From IMG/VR virus record IMGVR_UViG_2718217897_000004: DNA of 42,229 bases, one strand, 5' to 3'. Of this stretch, positions 16,591 through 26,878 are shown in pieces (position 1 is the stretch's first letter; each line of letters starts with the position of its first letter). Under the pieces are notes generated by a model. That model had not been told where the DNA came from, made no database searches, and was given only the letters and a program-made list of their open reading frames with translations. The position numbers and the translations under genes are program-made. Source of the DNA: a virus. Lineage: Duplodnaviria; Heunggongvirae; Uroviricota; Caudoviricetes.

Positions 16591-16941
16591 ATGACTCAAA
16601 ACTATGAACTGATTGTGAAAGGGATCCGCAATTTTGAGAATAAAGTTACGGTAACTTTAGCGTTACGGGACAAAAAACGCTTTGACGGCGAAATTTTTGA
16701 CCTGGACATCTCGCTGGACCGTGTTGAAGGTGCCGCGCTGGAGTTTTATGAGGCAGCAGCCAGAAGGAGCATCAGACAGGTCTTCCTGGATGTTGCTGCC
16801 GGGTTATGTGAAGGGGATGAGCAGTCGCCGGAAAAGCGCCCCGTAATTTTAGAGGCGCAGAATGTGTGGATAACCTACAAAGGAAAGCTACCAGGAAGAA
16901 TTACTGGTTCTCTGAAGACTCCTCCGGAATCACAACCTTAA
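16591..16941 (+). CDS. YdfR-like uncharacterised protein inserted between holin and endolysin
   Basis: 116-aa ORF with GGAGAG SD; same position as Qin ydfR; no TM segment. Confidence 0.5.
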   Translation: MTQNYELIVKGIRNFENKVTVTLALRDKKRFDGEIFDLDISLDRVEGAALEFYEAAARRSIRQVFLDVAAGLCEGDEQSPEKRPVILEAQNVWITYKGKLPGRITGSLKTPPESQP

Positions 16942-17004
16942 GTCACTGACCGGAACAGATAAACCTGTCCGTGGGCAGAAACCGATAAATCCTGATAAAT
17001 ATCC

Positions 17005-17538
17005 ATGAACGCAATAATCAGATACGGCCTGTCGGCTGCCGTTCTGGCACTGATTGCCGTCGGTGCGCCCGCGCCTGATATTCTCGACCAGTTTCTGGAT
17101 GAAAAAGAAGGTAACCACACAACGGCATACCGCGATGGTTCCGGCATCTGGACCATCTGTCGGGGTGCCACGATGGTGGATGGAAAACCCGTTTTTCCCG
17201 GTATGAAACTGTCGAAGGAAAAATGCGACCAGGTCAACGCCATTGAGCGTGATAAGGCGCTGGCATGGGTGGAGCGCAATATTAAAGTACCACTGACCGA
17301 ACCACAAAAAGCGGGTATCGCGTCATTTTGTCCCTATAACATTGGCCCCGGTAAGTGTTTTCCATCGACGTTTTATAAGCGGCTGAATGCTGGTGATCGT
17401 AAGGGCGCATGCGAGGCGATTCGCTGGTGGATAAAAGATGGTGGGCGCGATTGCCGCATACGTTCAAATAACTGCTATGGACAGGTTATTCGTCGTGACC
17501 AGGAAAGCGCATTAGCCTGTTGGGGAATAGATCAGTGA
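17005..17538 (+). CDS. SAR endolysin (T4-lysozyme-type, glycoside hydrolase family 24)
   Basis: 177 aa; N-terminal weakly hydrophobic Ala/Gly-rich signal-anchor-release segment; E...D...T catalytic spacing ([23 protein letters not shown]). Confidence 0.85.
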   Translation: MNAIIRYGLSAAVLALIAVGAPAPDILDQFLDEKEGNHTTAYRDGSGIWTICRGATMVDGKPVFPGMKLSKEKCDQVNAIERDKALAWVERNIKVPLTEPQKAGIASFCPYNIGPGKCFPSTFYKRLNAGDRKGACEAIRWWIKDGGRDCRIRSNNCYGQVIRRDQESALACWGIDQ

Positions 17539-18002
17539 GCAGAGTCGCCGCGATTATTTATGCTCTGGTTATCTGCATCATCGTCTGCCTGTCGTGGGCG
17601 GTCAATCATTACCGTGATAACGCCATCACCTACAAAGAACAGCGTGATAAAAAAGTCAGTGAGCTGAAGCAGCTGACCGCCACCATCGCTGACATGCAGC
17701 AGCGTCAGCGTGATGTTGCTGCGCTCGATGCAAAGTACTCGAGAGAATTAGCCAATGCGAAAGCTGAAAATGAAACTCTGCGCGCTGATGTTGCCGCTGG
17801 TCGTAAGCGCCTGCGGGTCAATGCCAGTTGCTCCGCAGCCGTGCGTGAAGCCACCGGACCCACCAGCGTGGATAATGCAACCAGCCCCAGACTGGCAGAC
17901 ACCGCTGAACGGGATTATTTCACCCTCAGAGAACGGTTGATGACGATGCAGAAGCAACTGGAAGGGGCACAGCTATACATTCGTGAGCAATGTCTCAGAT
18001 AA
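17535..18002 (+). CDS. Spanin inner-membrane subunit Rz
   Basis: GTG start overlapping endolysin stop; [34 protein letters not shown]... closely matches recalled lambda Rz. Confidence 0.85.
   Translation: MSRVAAIIYALVICIIVCLSWAVNHYRDNAITYKEQRDKKVSELKQLTATIADMQQRQRDVAALDAKYSRELANAKAENETLRADVAAGRKRLRVNASCSAAVREATGPTSVDNATSPRLADTAERDYFTLRERLMTMQKQLEGAQLYIREQCLR
17755..17940 (+). CDS. Spanin outer-membrane lipoprotein Rz1, embedded in the +1 frame of Rz
   Basis: [22 protein letters not shown]...[32 protein letters not shown] matches recalled lambda Rz1; lipobox VSAC. Confidence 0.8.
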   Translation: MRKLKMKLCALMLPLVVSACGSMPVAPQPCVKPPDPPAWIMQPAPDWQTPLNGIISPSENG

Positions 18003-18157
18003 AAACCGGCCAAGGATAATCCGCTAAAGATTCGCCGGTGGCGAAAGAGAGCCAAGGTGTCAACCTACGCTATTACTTATGATAATGCAACAGACGAAGC
18101 GGGACATATTGGCGCATAACAAATCAGTGCAGGCTAACTGCAGGAAGAACTTAGGGC

Positions 18158-18424
18158 GTGAACGTAGAAAACCTAAGTAACGCACATTACATCTATAACG
18201 AGATGAAAGAGCTACAGCGACAGAAAGGTATACTGGAAAGTGGTGCAGGGCTTGGTGTGACAATCCAGTCTGCCTATCAATATAGTGCTTTTCTTGAGGC
18301 CATACGCCCGCATGCAGTTGCTGAACTTAACAGCCGTATTGAGGAAAAGAAATCCGCGCTGGTTAATTTGGGTGCTTCCTTCTCTATATACGAGCATAAT
18401 AAGGCGGGTTGGAAACCCGCCTAA
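18158..18424 (+). CDS. Hypothetical ORF (doubtful)
   Basis: 88-aa frame with GTG start and weak SD; its 3' end is encoded by a GC hairpin that looks like a bidirectional terminator. Confidence 0.25.
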   Translation: MNVENLSNAHYIYNEMKELQRQKGILESGAGLGVTIQSAYQYSAFLEAIRPHAVAELNSRIEEKKSALVNLGASFSIYEHNKAGWKPA

Positions 18425-18429
18425 AGCAC

Positions 18430-18969
18430 TTAGAAACTGCGTGGAGCTGTGGAAAGAATGGATGCCAGTTCTTCCTTCGATAAATCCCAGCTTCGATTTA
18501 CAGCGTCAATTTTCTTAAACTCATCAAGCATTGCGTTATAGAGATGTTCTGTACGTGAATGAGTATTGGCAATGGGCTGTTTCTGTTCGGGGAAGCGATC
18601 AATTTTCTGATATGCCTCAATGATACTGAAGTAATCGCATTCATTATGACCGTCGAAACCTGGGAGCTGAATTTCCCCATCATGTATTTTTAGATGATGG
18701 TCACGGACTAATTCTTTTTGCTCGTCATCACTAAGTTTCCTGAAAGCATTGGAAAGTCCGCGGTACATATTCAAGACAGCAGTAACAAAATCACGATCTT
18801 CTTTACTTGGTTCATCAACATCCAAATGTGAATATTCGGCCTTCATAACCCAATCATTACCAGATGACACAGCATATTTTACAAGCTGTGGATCAATATC
18901 AGTTTCGATACCTAGGTGGATGGCAATGTCACATAACAAAATGGTATTGATTTTATCCTTAATATCCAT
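18430..18969 (-). CDS. YfbU-family (UPF0304-like) protein, reverse-oriented moron between lysis and packaging modules
   Basis: 179-aa ORF on the opposite strand to all surrounding late genes; segments ...LPGFDGHNECDYFSIIEAY... and ...NAMLDEFKKID... resemble recalled YfbU. Confidence 0.55.
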   Translation of the reverse strand: MDIKDKINTILLCDIAIHLGIETDIDPQLVKYAVSSGNDWVMKAEYSHLDVDEPSKEDRDFVTAVLNMYRGLSNAFRKLSDDEQKELVRDHHLKIHDGEIQLPGFDGHNECDYFSIIEAYQKIDRFPEQKQPIANTHSRTEHLYNAMLDEFKKIDAVNRSWDLSKEELASILSTAPRSF

Positions 18970-19107
18970 GAGTTAACCCTCTGAAGTAAAAAGTAATATC
19001 TACACCCGTTAGCTCATGAAGTCTATTGATCTGGCTCATATCAGCGGCAAATCTATTTCATGGAGATACTCAATGCAGGTCACTTTTGATTTATATAAGG
19101 GCGAAAC

Positions 19108-19458
19108 ATGCCAGCACTAATCCCACGAGCCTGCCGTAAACGTGGATGTGCAGGTACAACCACAGACAGTTCTGGTTACTGCGATAAACATCGTGGCGAA
19201 GGATGGGTACAGCATCAACGCGGACTGAGCCGCCACCAGCGTGGCTATGGCTCGAAATGGGATGCCATACGTGCGCGCATACTGAAGCGTGATAATCATC
19301 TGTGTCAGAACTGCCTGCGCAATGGGAGAGCCGTTGAAGCCAGAACTGTGGACCACATCATTCCGAAAGCTCATGGTGGCACGGATGCAGACAGTAACCT
19401 GCAGAGTCTGTGCTGGCCCTGTCATAAAGCAAAAACAGCGCGCGAACGCATCAATTGA
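19108..19458 (+). CDS. HNH endonuclease (terminase-associated)
   Basis: 116 aa with CxxC...CxxC and HNH motif DHIIPKAHGGTDADSNLQSLCWPCHKAKT; immediately upstream of terminase genes. Confidence 0.85.
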   Translation: MPALIPRACRKRGCAGTTTDSSGYCDKHRGEGWVQHQRGLSRHQRGYGSKWDAIRARILKRDNHLCQNCLRNGRAVEARTVDHIIPKAHGGTDADSNLQSLCWPCHKAKTARERIN

Positions 19459-19605
19459 TAACGGTTCCCATCTGTAGGGGAGGGGCGGGTCAAATCTCTG
19501 CAACCCTGGCTGCTCAGTACCGCCGCCTGACCTTTCCTCGCATCGCCGCAGGTTCGAAAACTTTTTTTTGGAATGTGATTAAATGATTGATAGGTAAAAC
19601 CGATT

Positions 19606-20088
19606 ATGCCTGGACCCCCGAAAACCCCGCCACGCCTGCATTTGATACGAGGTAACCCCTCAAAGCGGCCAGTTAAAGACTCCAAAAAAAACGCTAAAAA
19701 GGATGAAAAAGGTCTCCCTAAAATTCCGCAACATTTAGGGGCGCAGGGGAAGTACTGGTTCAGGCGAATGGCGGAAGAACTGAATGCGGAAGGGATCATT
19801 TCTCAGCTCGATGCGCGTGCACTCGAGTTACTGGTGGAAGCCTACACCGAATACCGGCATCACTGTGAAACACTCGATGCTGAGGGTTATACCTACCGCA
19901 CGGAAACGCAGAACGGTGATGTGCTGATTAAGGCACACCCGGCTGCTGCGATGAAGGCGGATGCCTGGAAGCGGATCCGGGCGATGCTTGCAGAGTTTGG
20001 TATGTCACCGGCAAGCCGGGCGAAAGTAAATACCGCCGGACCGGATGATGTTGATCCGCTGGCGGAGCTTTTAAAAGCGAGAGACTGA
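19606..20088 (+). CDS. Terminase small subunit
   Basis: 160-aa basic N-terminus protein directly coupled (TGATG) to the large terminase ORF. Confidence 0.75.
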   Translation: MPGPPKTPPRLHLIRGNPSKRPVKDSKKNAKKDEKGLPKIPQHLGAQGKYWFRRMAEELNAEGIISQLDARALELLVEAYTEYRHHCETLDAEGYTYRTETQNGDVLIKAHPAAAMKADAWKRIRAMLAEFGMSPASRAKVNTAGPDDVDPLAELLKARD

Positions 20089-21845
20089 TGGCAAAAGTGG
20101 CTGACGGGATCCGCTACGCCGAACGTGTTATTGCAGGAGAAATTGTCGCTGGCGAATTTGTCCGTCTGGCCTGCCAGCGTTTTCTTGATGATTTGAAGTA
20201 CGGCGAAGAGCGGGGGATTTATTTCAGTGAACCCCGTGCGCAGCACATCCTGAATTTCTACAAATTTGTGCCCCATGTGAAAGGGGCGCTGGCAGGCCAG
20301 CCCATTGAGTTGATGGACTGGCATGTATTTATCCTTATTAATATTTTTGGTTTTGTCATTCCGCTGGTGAATGAAGAGACCGGGGAAGTTGTCATGCGCA
20401 GCGATGGCAGCGGACGCCCGGTGATGGTGCGCCGGTTCCGGACGGCGTACAACGAAGTCGCCCGTAAAAACGCAAAATCAACCCTGTCATCGGGTATCGG
20501 CCTGTATATGACGGGGGCAGATGGTGAAGGCGGTGCTGAGGTGTATTCAGCCGCAACCACGCGTGACCAGGCCAGAATCGTGTTTGAAGACGCCAAAAAT
20601 ATGGTCAGAAAAGCCCGGTCGACACTCGGGCGGTTGTTTGATTTCAACAAGCTGGCGATTTACCAGGAGCAGAGCGCATCAAAATTTGAACCCCTTTCCT
20701 CGGATGCAAACAACCTGGATGGTCTGAACATCCACTGCGCCATTATTGATGAGCTGCATGCACATAAAACCCGCGACGTGTGGGACGTTCTGGAAACGGC
20801 AACTGGTGCCCGTCTGCAGTCCCTTTTATTTGGTATCACCACGGCTGGCTTTAACAAGGAAGGGATTTGTTACGAGCAACGCGATTACGCCATCAAGGTA
20901 TTGCGAGGCTATAACAGCGACGTGGAGGGCGCGGTAAAAGACGACTCCTACTTTGCGATTATTTACACCCTCGATGAGGGAGATGATCCGTTTGATGAAA
21001 CGGTCTGGCAGAAAGCGAATCCCGGCCTGGGCATCTGTAAACGCTGGGATGATCTGCGTCGTCTGGCGAAAAAGGCGAAGGAGCAGGTCTCCGCGCGGGT
21101 GAATTTTTTCACAAAACACATGAATGTGTGGGTCACTGCCGAGTCTGCCTGGATGGACATGATTAAGTGGGAGAAATGCGAATACATTGCCCCACGACAT
21201 GAGCTGAAAACGTATCCCATGTGGGTCGGCGTTGACCTTGCTCATAAGATTGATATCTGTGCGGCGGCAAAACTCTGGCGAACGGATAACGGGCATGTTC
21301 ATGCCGATTTTAAATTCTGGCTCCCGGAAGGACGGCTGGAACGATGCTCGCGGCAGCAGGCAGAACTTTACCGGAAGTGGGCGGAGATGGATAAGCTGAT
21401 TCTGACGGATGGTGATGTTATCGATCATGCTCAGATAAAAAGTGACTTACTGGAATGGATTGGTGGTGAAAACCTCAGGGAACTGGGATTTGACCCGTGG
21501 AGCGCGATGCAGTTCAGCCTGGCACTGGCTGAAGAAGGGATACCACTGGTGGAGGTTCCGCAGACGGTTCGCAATCTGTCAGAGGCCATGAAGGAAACGG
21601 AATCACTGGTCTATGCCGGGCGTTTCCATCACAGCAATCATCCGGTCATGAACTGGATGATGTCTAACGTTACGGTAAAACCGGACAAAAACGACAATAT
21701 CTTCCCGAATAAATCCACGCCGGAAGCCAAAATCGACGGTCCTGTTGCGATGTTTACAGCAATGAGCCGGATGCTGGTCAATGGTGGTGAACCGGAGCCG
21801 GATCTGTCTGAACATCTGGTCAGCGTGGGCATCCGCTCACTTTAA
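20088..21845 (+). CDS. Terminase large subunit (HK97-type)
   Basis: 585-aa ORF at the canonical position with an ATPase-like N-terminal half and nuclease-like C-terminal half. Confidence 0.85.
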   Translation: MAKVADGIRYAERVIAGEIVAGEFVRLACQRFLDDLKYGEERGIYFSEPRAQHILNFYKFVPHVKGALAGQPIELMDWHVFILINIFGFVIPLVNEETGEVVMRSDGSGRPVMVRRFRTAYNEVARKNAKSTLSSGIGLYMTGADGEGGAEVYSAATTRDQARIVFEDAKNMVRKARSTLGRLFDFNKLAIYQEQSASKFEPLSSDANNLDGLNIHCAIIDELHAHKTRDVWDVLETATGARLQSLLFGITTAGFNKEGICYEQRDYAIKVLRGYNSDVEGAVKDDSYFAIIYTLDEGDDPFDETVWQKANPGLGICKRWDDLRRLAKKAKEQVSARVNFFTKHMNVWVTAESAWMDMIKWEKCEYIAPRHELKTYPMWVGVDLAHKIDICAAAKLWRTDNGHVHADFKFWLPEGRLERCSRQQAELYRKWAEMDKLILTDGDVIDHAQIKSDLLEWIGGENLRELGFDPWSAMQFSLALAEEGIPLVEVPQTVRNLSEAMKETESLVYAGRFHHSNHPVMNWMMSNVTVKPDKNDNIFPNKSTPEAKIDGPVAMFTAMSRMLVNGGEPEPDLSEHLVSVGIRSL

Positions 21846-21856
21846 CCGAGGTCATT

Positions 21857-22039
21857 ATGTTTCTGATAATTCTCGCGCCACTGGTGGGCGTGCTGGGTGC
21901 GCTTTTGCTGGCGTATGGTGCCTGGCTGATTTATCCCCCGGCGGGTTTTGTTGTTGCCGGGGTGCTGTGCCTGCTCTGGTCGTGGCTGGTGGCGCGATAT
22001 CTCGACCGTACACAGTCGTCTGTCGGCGGAGGTAAATAG
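21857..22039 (+). CDS. Small membrane protein (two predicted TM helices)
   Basis: 60-aa ORF with GAGGT SD between terminase and portal. Confidence 0.45.
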   Translation: MFLIILAPLVGVLGALLLAYGAWLIYPPAGFVVAGVLCLLWSWLVARYLDRTQSSVGGGK

Positions 22040-23280
22040 TGTTCTTTTCGGGATTATTTCAACGAAAAAGTGACGCGCCGGTGACCACGCCAGCAGAACT
22101 GGCGGATGCTATCGGGCTGTCATATGACACCTATACCGGAAAGCAGATCAGCAGCCAGCGGGCCATGCGACTGACGGCGGTTTTTTCCTGCGTCAGGGTG
22201 CTGGCAGAGTCGGTCGGGATGTTGCCCTGCAATCTGTATCACCTGAACGGCAGCCTGAAACAGAGAGCCACCGGCGAACGTCTGCATAAGCTGATCTCCA
22301 CGCATCCCAATGGCTATATGACGCCGCAGGAGTTCTGGGAGCTGGTGGTCACCTGTCTGTGCCTGCGGGGAAACTTTTATGCTTACAAAGTGAAAGCATT
22401 TGGCGAAGTGGCTGAACTGCTGCCCGTCGATCCTGGCTGTGTGGTGCCGAAGCTTAACAGTAGCTGGGAGCCGGTCTATCAGGTCACATTCCCGGACGGT
22501 TCCACGGATGTGCTGACCCAGGAGGATATCTGGCATGTGCGCACGCTGACGCTGGACGGTCTGGTGGGGCTGAATCCCGTCGCCTATGCCCGCGAGGCAA
22601 TATCGCTGGCAGCGGCGACCGAAGAGCACGGGGCCAGGCTGTTCAGCAATGGTGCGGTGACGTCCGGTGTGTTGCGTACTGAACAGACGCTGTCAGATCA
22701 GGCTTATGAGCGCCTGAAGAAAGATTTTGAGGAGCGTCACACCGGGCTTGGTAATGCTCACCGCCCGATGATCCTTGAGATGGGGCTGGACTGGAAGTCG
22801 ATGGCGCTGAACGCCGAGGACAGCCAGTTTCTGGAAACCCGCAAGTTTCAGCTTGAAGAAATCTGTCGTCTGTTCCGGGTGCCGTTGCACATGGTGCAGA
22901 ACACCGATCGCGCCACCTTCAACAATATCGAAGAGCTGGGGCTCGGATTTATCAACTATTCACTGGTGCCGTATCTGACCCGCATCGAACAGCGGATCAA
23001 CACCGGACTGGTACGAAAAAGTAAGCAGGGCGTTTATTACGCCAAATTTAACGCCGGGGCGTTACTGCGCGGGGATATGAAGTCCCGTTTTGAAGCCTAC
23101 GCCACCGGGATTAACTGGGGAATTTACTCTCCCAATGACTGCCGCGACCTGGAAGATATGAATCCGCGTCCCGGTGGTGATGTCTATCTCACACCGATGA
23201 ACATGACCACGAAACCCTCCGATGGCAGTAAAGCCGGTAAGCAGAAGGATAACGCCAATGCAGACGAAACAACGTCTTGA
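22039..23280 (+). CDS. Portal protein (HK97 family)
   Basis: 413-aa ORF, GTG start with GGAGG SD, between terminase and prohead protease. Confidence 0.85.
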   Translation: MFFSGLFQRKSDAPVTTPAELADAIGLSYDTYTGKQISSQRAMRLTAVFSCVRVLAESVGMLPCNLYHLNGSLKQRATGERLHKLISTHPNGYMTPQEFWELVVTCLCLRGNFYAYKVKAFGEVAELLPVDPGCVVPKLNSSWEPVYQVTFPDGSTDVLTQEDIWHVRTLTLDGLVGLNPVAYAREAISLAAATEEHGARLFSNGAVTSGVLRTEQTLSDQAYERLKKDFEERHTGLGNAHRPMILEMGLDWKSMALNAEDSQFLETRKFQLEEICRLFRVPLHMVQNTDRATFNNIEELGLGFINYSLVPYLTRIEQRINTGLVRKSKQGVYYAKFNAGALLRGDMKSRFEAYATGINWGIYSPNDCRDLEDMNPRPGGDVYLTPMNMTTKPSDGSKAGKQKDNANADETTS

Positions 23281-23908
23281 TGTACCGCTGAGTCTGAAAT
23301 CTGTCAGTGACTCCGGTGAGTTTGAAGGGTATGGCTCCGTCTTTGGTGTAAAGGACAGCCACGATGATGTGGTGATGTCCGGGGCATTTGCTGCTTCCCT
23401 GCGGGCGTGGAGTGACAGAAAAGCGTTACCTGCGCTGCTCTGGCAGCACCGCATGGATGAACCCATCGGTGTTTACACCGAAATGAAGGAAGACGATGTC
23501 GGGCTTTACGTCAGGGGACGGTTGCTTATTGATGATGATCCCCTCGCAAAACGCGCACATGCACACATGAAGGCCGGTTCGTTAACCGGCCTTTCTATTG
23601 GGTACGTCCTGAAAGACTGGGAATACGACCGGAGCAAAGAAGCCTTTCTGCTGAAAGAAATCGACCTCTGGGAAGTCAGCCTGGTGACGTTCCCGTCTAA
23701 CGACGAGGCGCGGATCAGCGACGTCAAGAACGCACTGGCCCGCGGGGAAATCCCCGAACAGAAAAAAATCGAAAGAGTCCTGCGTGATGTCGGACTCTCC
23801 CGTACCCAGGCCAAAGAATTCATGGCCGGGGGCTATGGCGCACTGTCCCTGCGCGACGCTGAGGATGTGGGCTCTGCACTGAATGCACTGAAAAATCTGA
23901 ACTTCTAA
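23258..23908 (+). CDS. Prohead protease (HK97-type)
   Basis: About 216-aa frame from ATG 23258 overlapping portal 3' end; immediately precedes the major capsid gene. Confidence 0.8.
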   Translation: MQTKQRLDVPLSLKSVSDSGEFEGYGSVFGVKDSHDDVVMSGAFAASLRAWSDRKALPALLWQHRMDEPIGVYTEMKEDDVGLYVRGRLLIDDDPLAKRAHAHMKAGSLTGLSIGYVLKDWEYDRSKEAFLLKEIDLWEVSLVTFPSNDEARISDVKNALARGEIPEQKKIERVLRDVGLSRTQAKEFMAGGYGALSLRDAEDVGSALNALKNLNF

Positions 23909-23922
23909 TCAGGAGAAATACG

Positions 23923-25128
23923 ATGGCGGTTGATATTAAAGATGTCGAACAGGTCGCGCAGGAGCTGCAGCAGAAGTTTGACGACTTCAAGGCAAAGAAC
24001 GACAAGCGCGTGGATGCGATTGAGCAGGAAAAAGGCAAGCTTGCCGGGCAGGTGGAAACCCTGAACGGGAAACTCAGTGAGCTGGAAAATCTCAAAAGCG
24101 ACCTTGAAAAAGAGCTGCTTGAGCTGAAACGTCCGGCAGGTGGTGCGCAAAATAAACTGGCCACCGAGCATAAAGAGGCGTTTGTGGGCTTCCTGCGTAA
24201 AGGCCGTGAAGACGGTCTGCGCGATCTGGAGCGTAAGGCATTGCAGGTGGGCACCGATGAAGACGGTGGCTATGCCGTGCCGGAAGCACTGGATCGCAAC
24301 ATTCTCAACCTGCTGAAAGATGAAGTGGTGATGCGCCAGGAAGCCACGGTGATCACCGTTGGCGGTTCCGACTACAAAAAACTGGTGAATCTGGGCGGCA
24401 CGGCTTCCGGATGGGTTGGCGAGACTGACGCGCGCTCCCAGACTGCCACCTCAAAACTGGGACTGATTGAACCTTTCATGGGGGAAATCTACGGTAACCC
24501 GCAGGCCACCCAGAAAATGCTGGATGATGCCTTTTTCAACGTGGAGGCCTGGATCAACAGCGAGCTGGCAACCGAATTTGCCGAACAGGAAGAAATTGCC
24601 TTTACCACCGGCGATGGTACCAAGAAGCCGAAAGGGTTCCTGGCGTATGAATCCACTGATGAAACCGACAAGATCCGGGCGTTCGGCAAACTTCAGCATA
24701 TTGTATCCGGCGAAGCGACGGCAGTGACTGCAGATGCCATTATCAAACTGATTTACACGCTGCGTAAGGCACACCGCACCGGCGCGAAGTTCATGATGAA
24801 CAACAACAGCCTGTTTGCCATTCGTCTGCTGAAAGACACAGAGGGTAACTATCTGTGGCGTCCGGGGCTGGAGCTGGGGCAGCCGTCCTCTCTGGCGGGT
24901 TACGGTATCGCTGAAAACGAACAGATGCCGGATATTGCCGCTGATGCGAAAGCCATTGCATTTGGTAACTTCAAACGGGGTTACACCATCGTTGACCGTA
25001 TCGGTACCCGCATTCTGCGTGACCCGTACACCAATAAACCGTTTGTCGGTTTTTATACCACCAAGCGCACCGGCGGCATGCTGGTCGATTCGCAGGCCAT
25101 CAAACTGCTGAAGATTGCAGCGGCGTAA
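23923..25128 (+). CDS. Major capsid protein (HK97 fold) with N-terminal coiled-coil scaffolding-like delta domain
   Basis: 401 aa; AGGAG SD; N-terminal about 100 aa charged coiled coil followed by capsid body. Confidence 0.88.
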   Translation: MAVDIKDVEQVAQELQQKFDDFKAKNDKRVDAIEQEKGKLAGQVETLNGKLSELENLKSDLEKELLELKRPAGGAQNKLATEHKEAFVGFLRKGREDGLRDLERKALQVGTDEDGGYAVPEALDRNILNLLKDEVVMRQEATVITVGGSDYKKLVNLGGTASGWVGETDARSQTATSKLGLIEPFMGEIYGNPQATQKMLDDAFFNVEAWINSELATEFAEQEEIAFTTGDGTKKPKGFLAYESTDETDKIRAFGKLQHIVSGEATAVTADAIIKLIYTLRKAHRTGAKFMMNNNSLFAIRLLKDTEGNYLWRPGLELGQPSSLAGYGIAENEQMPDIAADAKAIAFGNFKRGYTIVDRIGTRILRDPYTNKPFVGFYTTKRTGGMLVDSQAIKLLKIAAA

Positions 25129-25135
25129 TCATTCA

Positions 25136-25160
25136 GGGGGCGCAGAAGTGCGCCCCTGTT
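25136..25160 (+). terminator. Stable hairpin after the capsid gene (attenuator or mRNA-stabilising stem)
   Basis: 8-bp GC stem GGGGCGCA/TGCGCCCC with GAAG loop; weak T-run. Confidence 0.35.
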
Positions 25161-25178
25161 CTGACAGGTGAAAGAATC

Positions 25179-25367
25179 ATGATCCTGAAACAAGATCTGA
25201 AATGGTCACCGGACGGTATGCGTGTTGAGATTATTCGGGCCGGTGAGTATGAAGATAAAGAATTACCCGAACGGGTACGCGAAATTGCCACTGCAGCTGG
25301 GATTGTCTCTGAAAAGAGAACACCTGTTGCGCGGGGGGCTGATAAGTCTAAAAAACAGCATTCATAG
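25179..25367 (+). CDS. Small hypothetical head-module protein
   Basis: 62-aa ORF between capsid and connector genes; weak SD. Confidence 0.35.
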   Translation: MILKQDLKWSPDGMRVEIIRAGEYEDKELPERVREIATAAGIVSEKRTPVARGADKSKKQHS

Positions 25368-25378
25368 AGGTTGCCCAA

Positions 25379-25684
25379 ATGATGCCCACTCTGGAAGAGC
25401 TTCGTGTTCAGTGCCGGATTGATGATGACAATGAACAGGAGAATTCTCTTCTTATGATGTATCTGGCTGCCGCCAGGGAAGAGGCTGAAAAGTTTTTAAA
25501 CCGGACGCTTTACGATGAAACTGTTTCTGAGCAGGATACGACCGGGCTTGTAATAACACCTCTGATAAAACTGCGTCTTATGCAACTGGTTGGCTACTGG
25601 TACGAGAACAGGGAAATGCAGGATGCAGTGCCTGATTTTTTCTATACCGGACTGCGGATGTATCGGTTTCATCCCGGGACATAG
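25379..25684 (+). CDS. Head-tail connector / DNA-packaging protein (gp6-like)
   Basis: 101-aa ORF with GAGGT SD in the canonical position after the capsid gene. Confidence 0.65.
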   Translation: MMPTLEELRVQCRIDDDNEQENSLLMMYLAAAREEAEKFLNRTLYDETVSEQDTTGLVITPLIKLRLMQLVGYWYENREMQDAVPDFFYTGLRMYRFHPGT

Positions 25685-25692
25685 GAGGATTC

Positions 25693-26031
25693 ATGCAGGC
25701 AGGAAGATTACGTGATCGTGTGGTTATTCTGAATGCCACCACCGTTCGGTCTCCATCAGGGCACCCTGTGGAAACAATGACGGAAGGGGCAACCATATGG
25801 GCAGAAGTTAAGGGGATCAGTGGCAGGGAGAGAATATCCGGAGGCGCAGAAACTGCTCAGGCTACAGTGAGGGTCTGGATGAGATTCCGGCGAGATGTGA
25901 CAGCAACTTCATGTCTGAAAGTGCTGACTGGCGCATTCAAAGGCGCGATTCTGAGTATAGACGGTCCGCCGATACCGGATGCCCGTGCCACCCGGCTTGA
26001 GATACTCTGTTCTCAGAAGGGGAATGTGTGA
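25693..26031 (+). CDS. Head closure / head-tail adaptor protein
   Basis: 112-aa ORF with AGGAGG SD, translationally coupled to the next gene. Confidence 0.6.
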   Translation: MQAGRLRDRVVILNATTVRSPSGHPVETMTEGATIWAEVKGISGRERISGGAETAQATVRVWMRFRRDVTATSCLKVLTGAFKGAILSIDGPPIPDARATRLEILCSQKGNV

Positions 26032-26477
26032 TGGATTTCAGTCTTGATTTTTCAGGTCTGGCGGATATTGCACGGGATCTGGAGACGCTCAGCAGGGCAG
26101 AAAACAATAAGGTGCTGCGCGATGCCACCCGTGCCGGTGCTGAAGTTATGCGGGATGCAGTTGTTGAACGTGCGCCGGAGCGAACCGGGAAACTGAAGAA
26201 AAATGTGGTTGTTCTCACTCAGCGTTCAAAGCGTCGGGGGGAAATTATCTCGGGTGTCCACATTCGTGGACGGAACCTGCGAACCGGAAACAGTGATAAC
26301 AGCATGAAAGCCAGCGATCCCCGAAATGCGTTTTACTGGCGCTTTGTGGAGCTGGGAACGATAAACATGCCCGCGCATCCGTTCATTCGCCCGGCTTTCG
26401 ATACGACAGAGGAACTGGCAGCACAGATTGCCATACAGCGAATGAATCAGGCTATTGATGAGGTCTTAAGTAAATGA
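26028..26477 (+). CDS. HK97 gp10-like tail-component protein
   Basis: 149-aa ORF coupled to its neighbours (ATGA overlaps). Confidence 0.65.
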   Translation: MMDFSLDFSGLADIARDLETLSRAENNKVLRDATRAGAEVMRDAVVERAPERTGKLKKNVVVLTQRSKRRGEIISGVHIRGRNLRTGNSDNSMKASDPRNAFYWRFVELGTINMPAHPFIRPAFDTTEELAAQIAIQRMNQAIDEVLSK

Positions 26478-26818
26478 GAGAGACCACACTGTATTCCCTG
26501 CTGTCTCAACTGGCCGGAGGACAGGTTTATCCTTATGTGGTCCCGCTGACGGAGGGAAAGCCTGCGGTATCTCCGCCATGGCTGGTGTTTTCTGTGGTGT
26601 CTGACACGGCATCTGATGTGCTTGATGGTCAGGCTGAATCAAGAATTACCGTGCAGATCGATGTCTGGGCGACAGTACCTGATGACGCAGATGATATCCG
26701 TGAGCAGGCGCTTGATGCGGTAAGGCAACTGGCACCCTCCGTTATTTCTAAAACGCAGGGTTATGATCCTGATTCCCGTCTGAGCAGAGCCACGCTTGAA
26801 TTTCAGGTAATAGCCTGA
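26474..26818 (+). CDS. Tail completion protein (gp11-like)
   Basis: 114-aa ORF followed by a terminator hairpin (26838-26862, CCCGCC-GCT-GGCGGG plus T-run). Confidence 0.6.
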   Translation: MRETTLYSLLSQLAGGQVYPYVVPLTEGKPAVSPPWLVFSVVSDTASDVLDGQAESRITVQIDVWATVPDDADDIREQALDAVRQLAPSVISKTQGYDPDSRLSRATLEFQVIA

Positions 26819-26878
26819 GATCGTTAATGATTTTACCCACCCGCCGCTGGCGGGTTTTTTTATTTTCAGGAGACGAGT

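Noticed and set aside
18404-18424. Intrinsic terminator for the 88-aa plus-strand ORF
   Set aside because: The hairpin has no T-run on the plus strand and encodes the ORF's C-terminus; more plausibly it is a 3' hairpin for the convergent YfbU-family gene, which also makes the 88-aa ORF doubtful.
22120-22629. 169-aa minus-strand ORF
   Set aside because: Antisense within the portal gene; no independent support.
23820-24254. 144-aa minus-strand Ser/Arg-rich ORF
   Set aside because: Antisense to the 5' end of the major capsid gene; low-complexity shadow frame.
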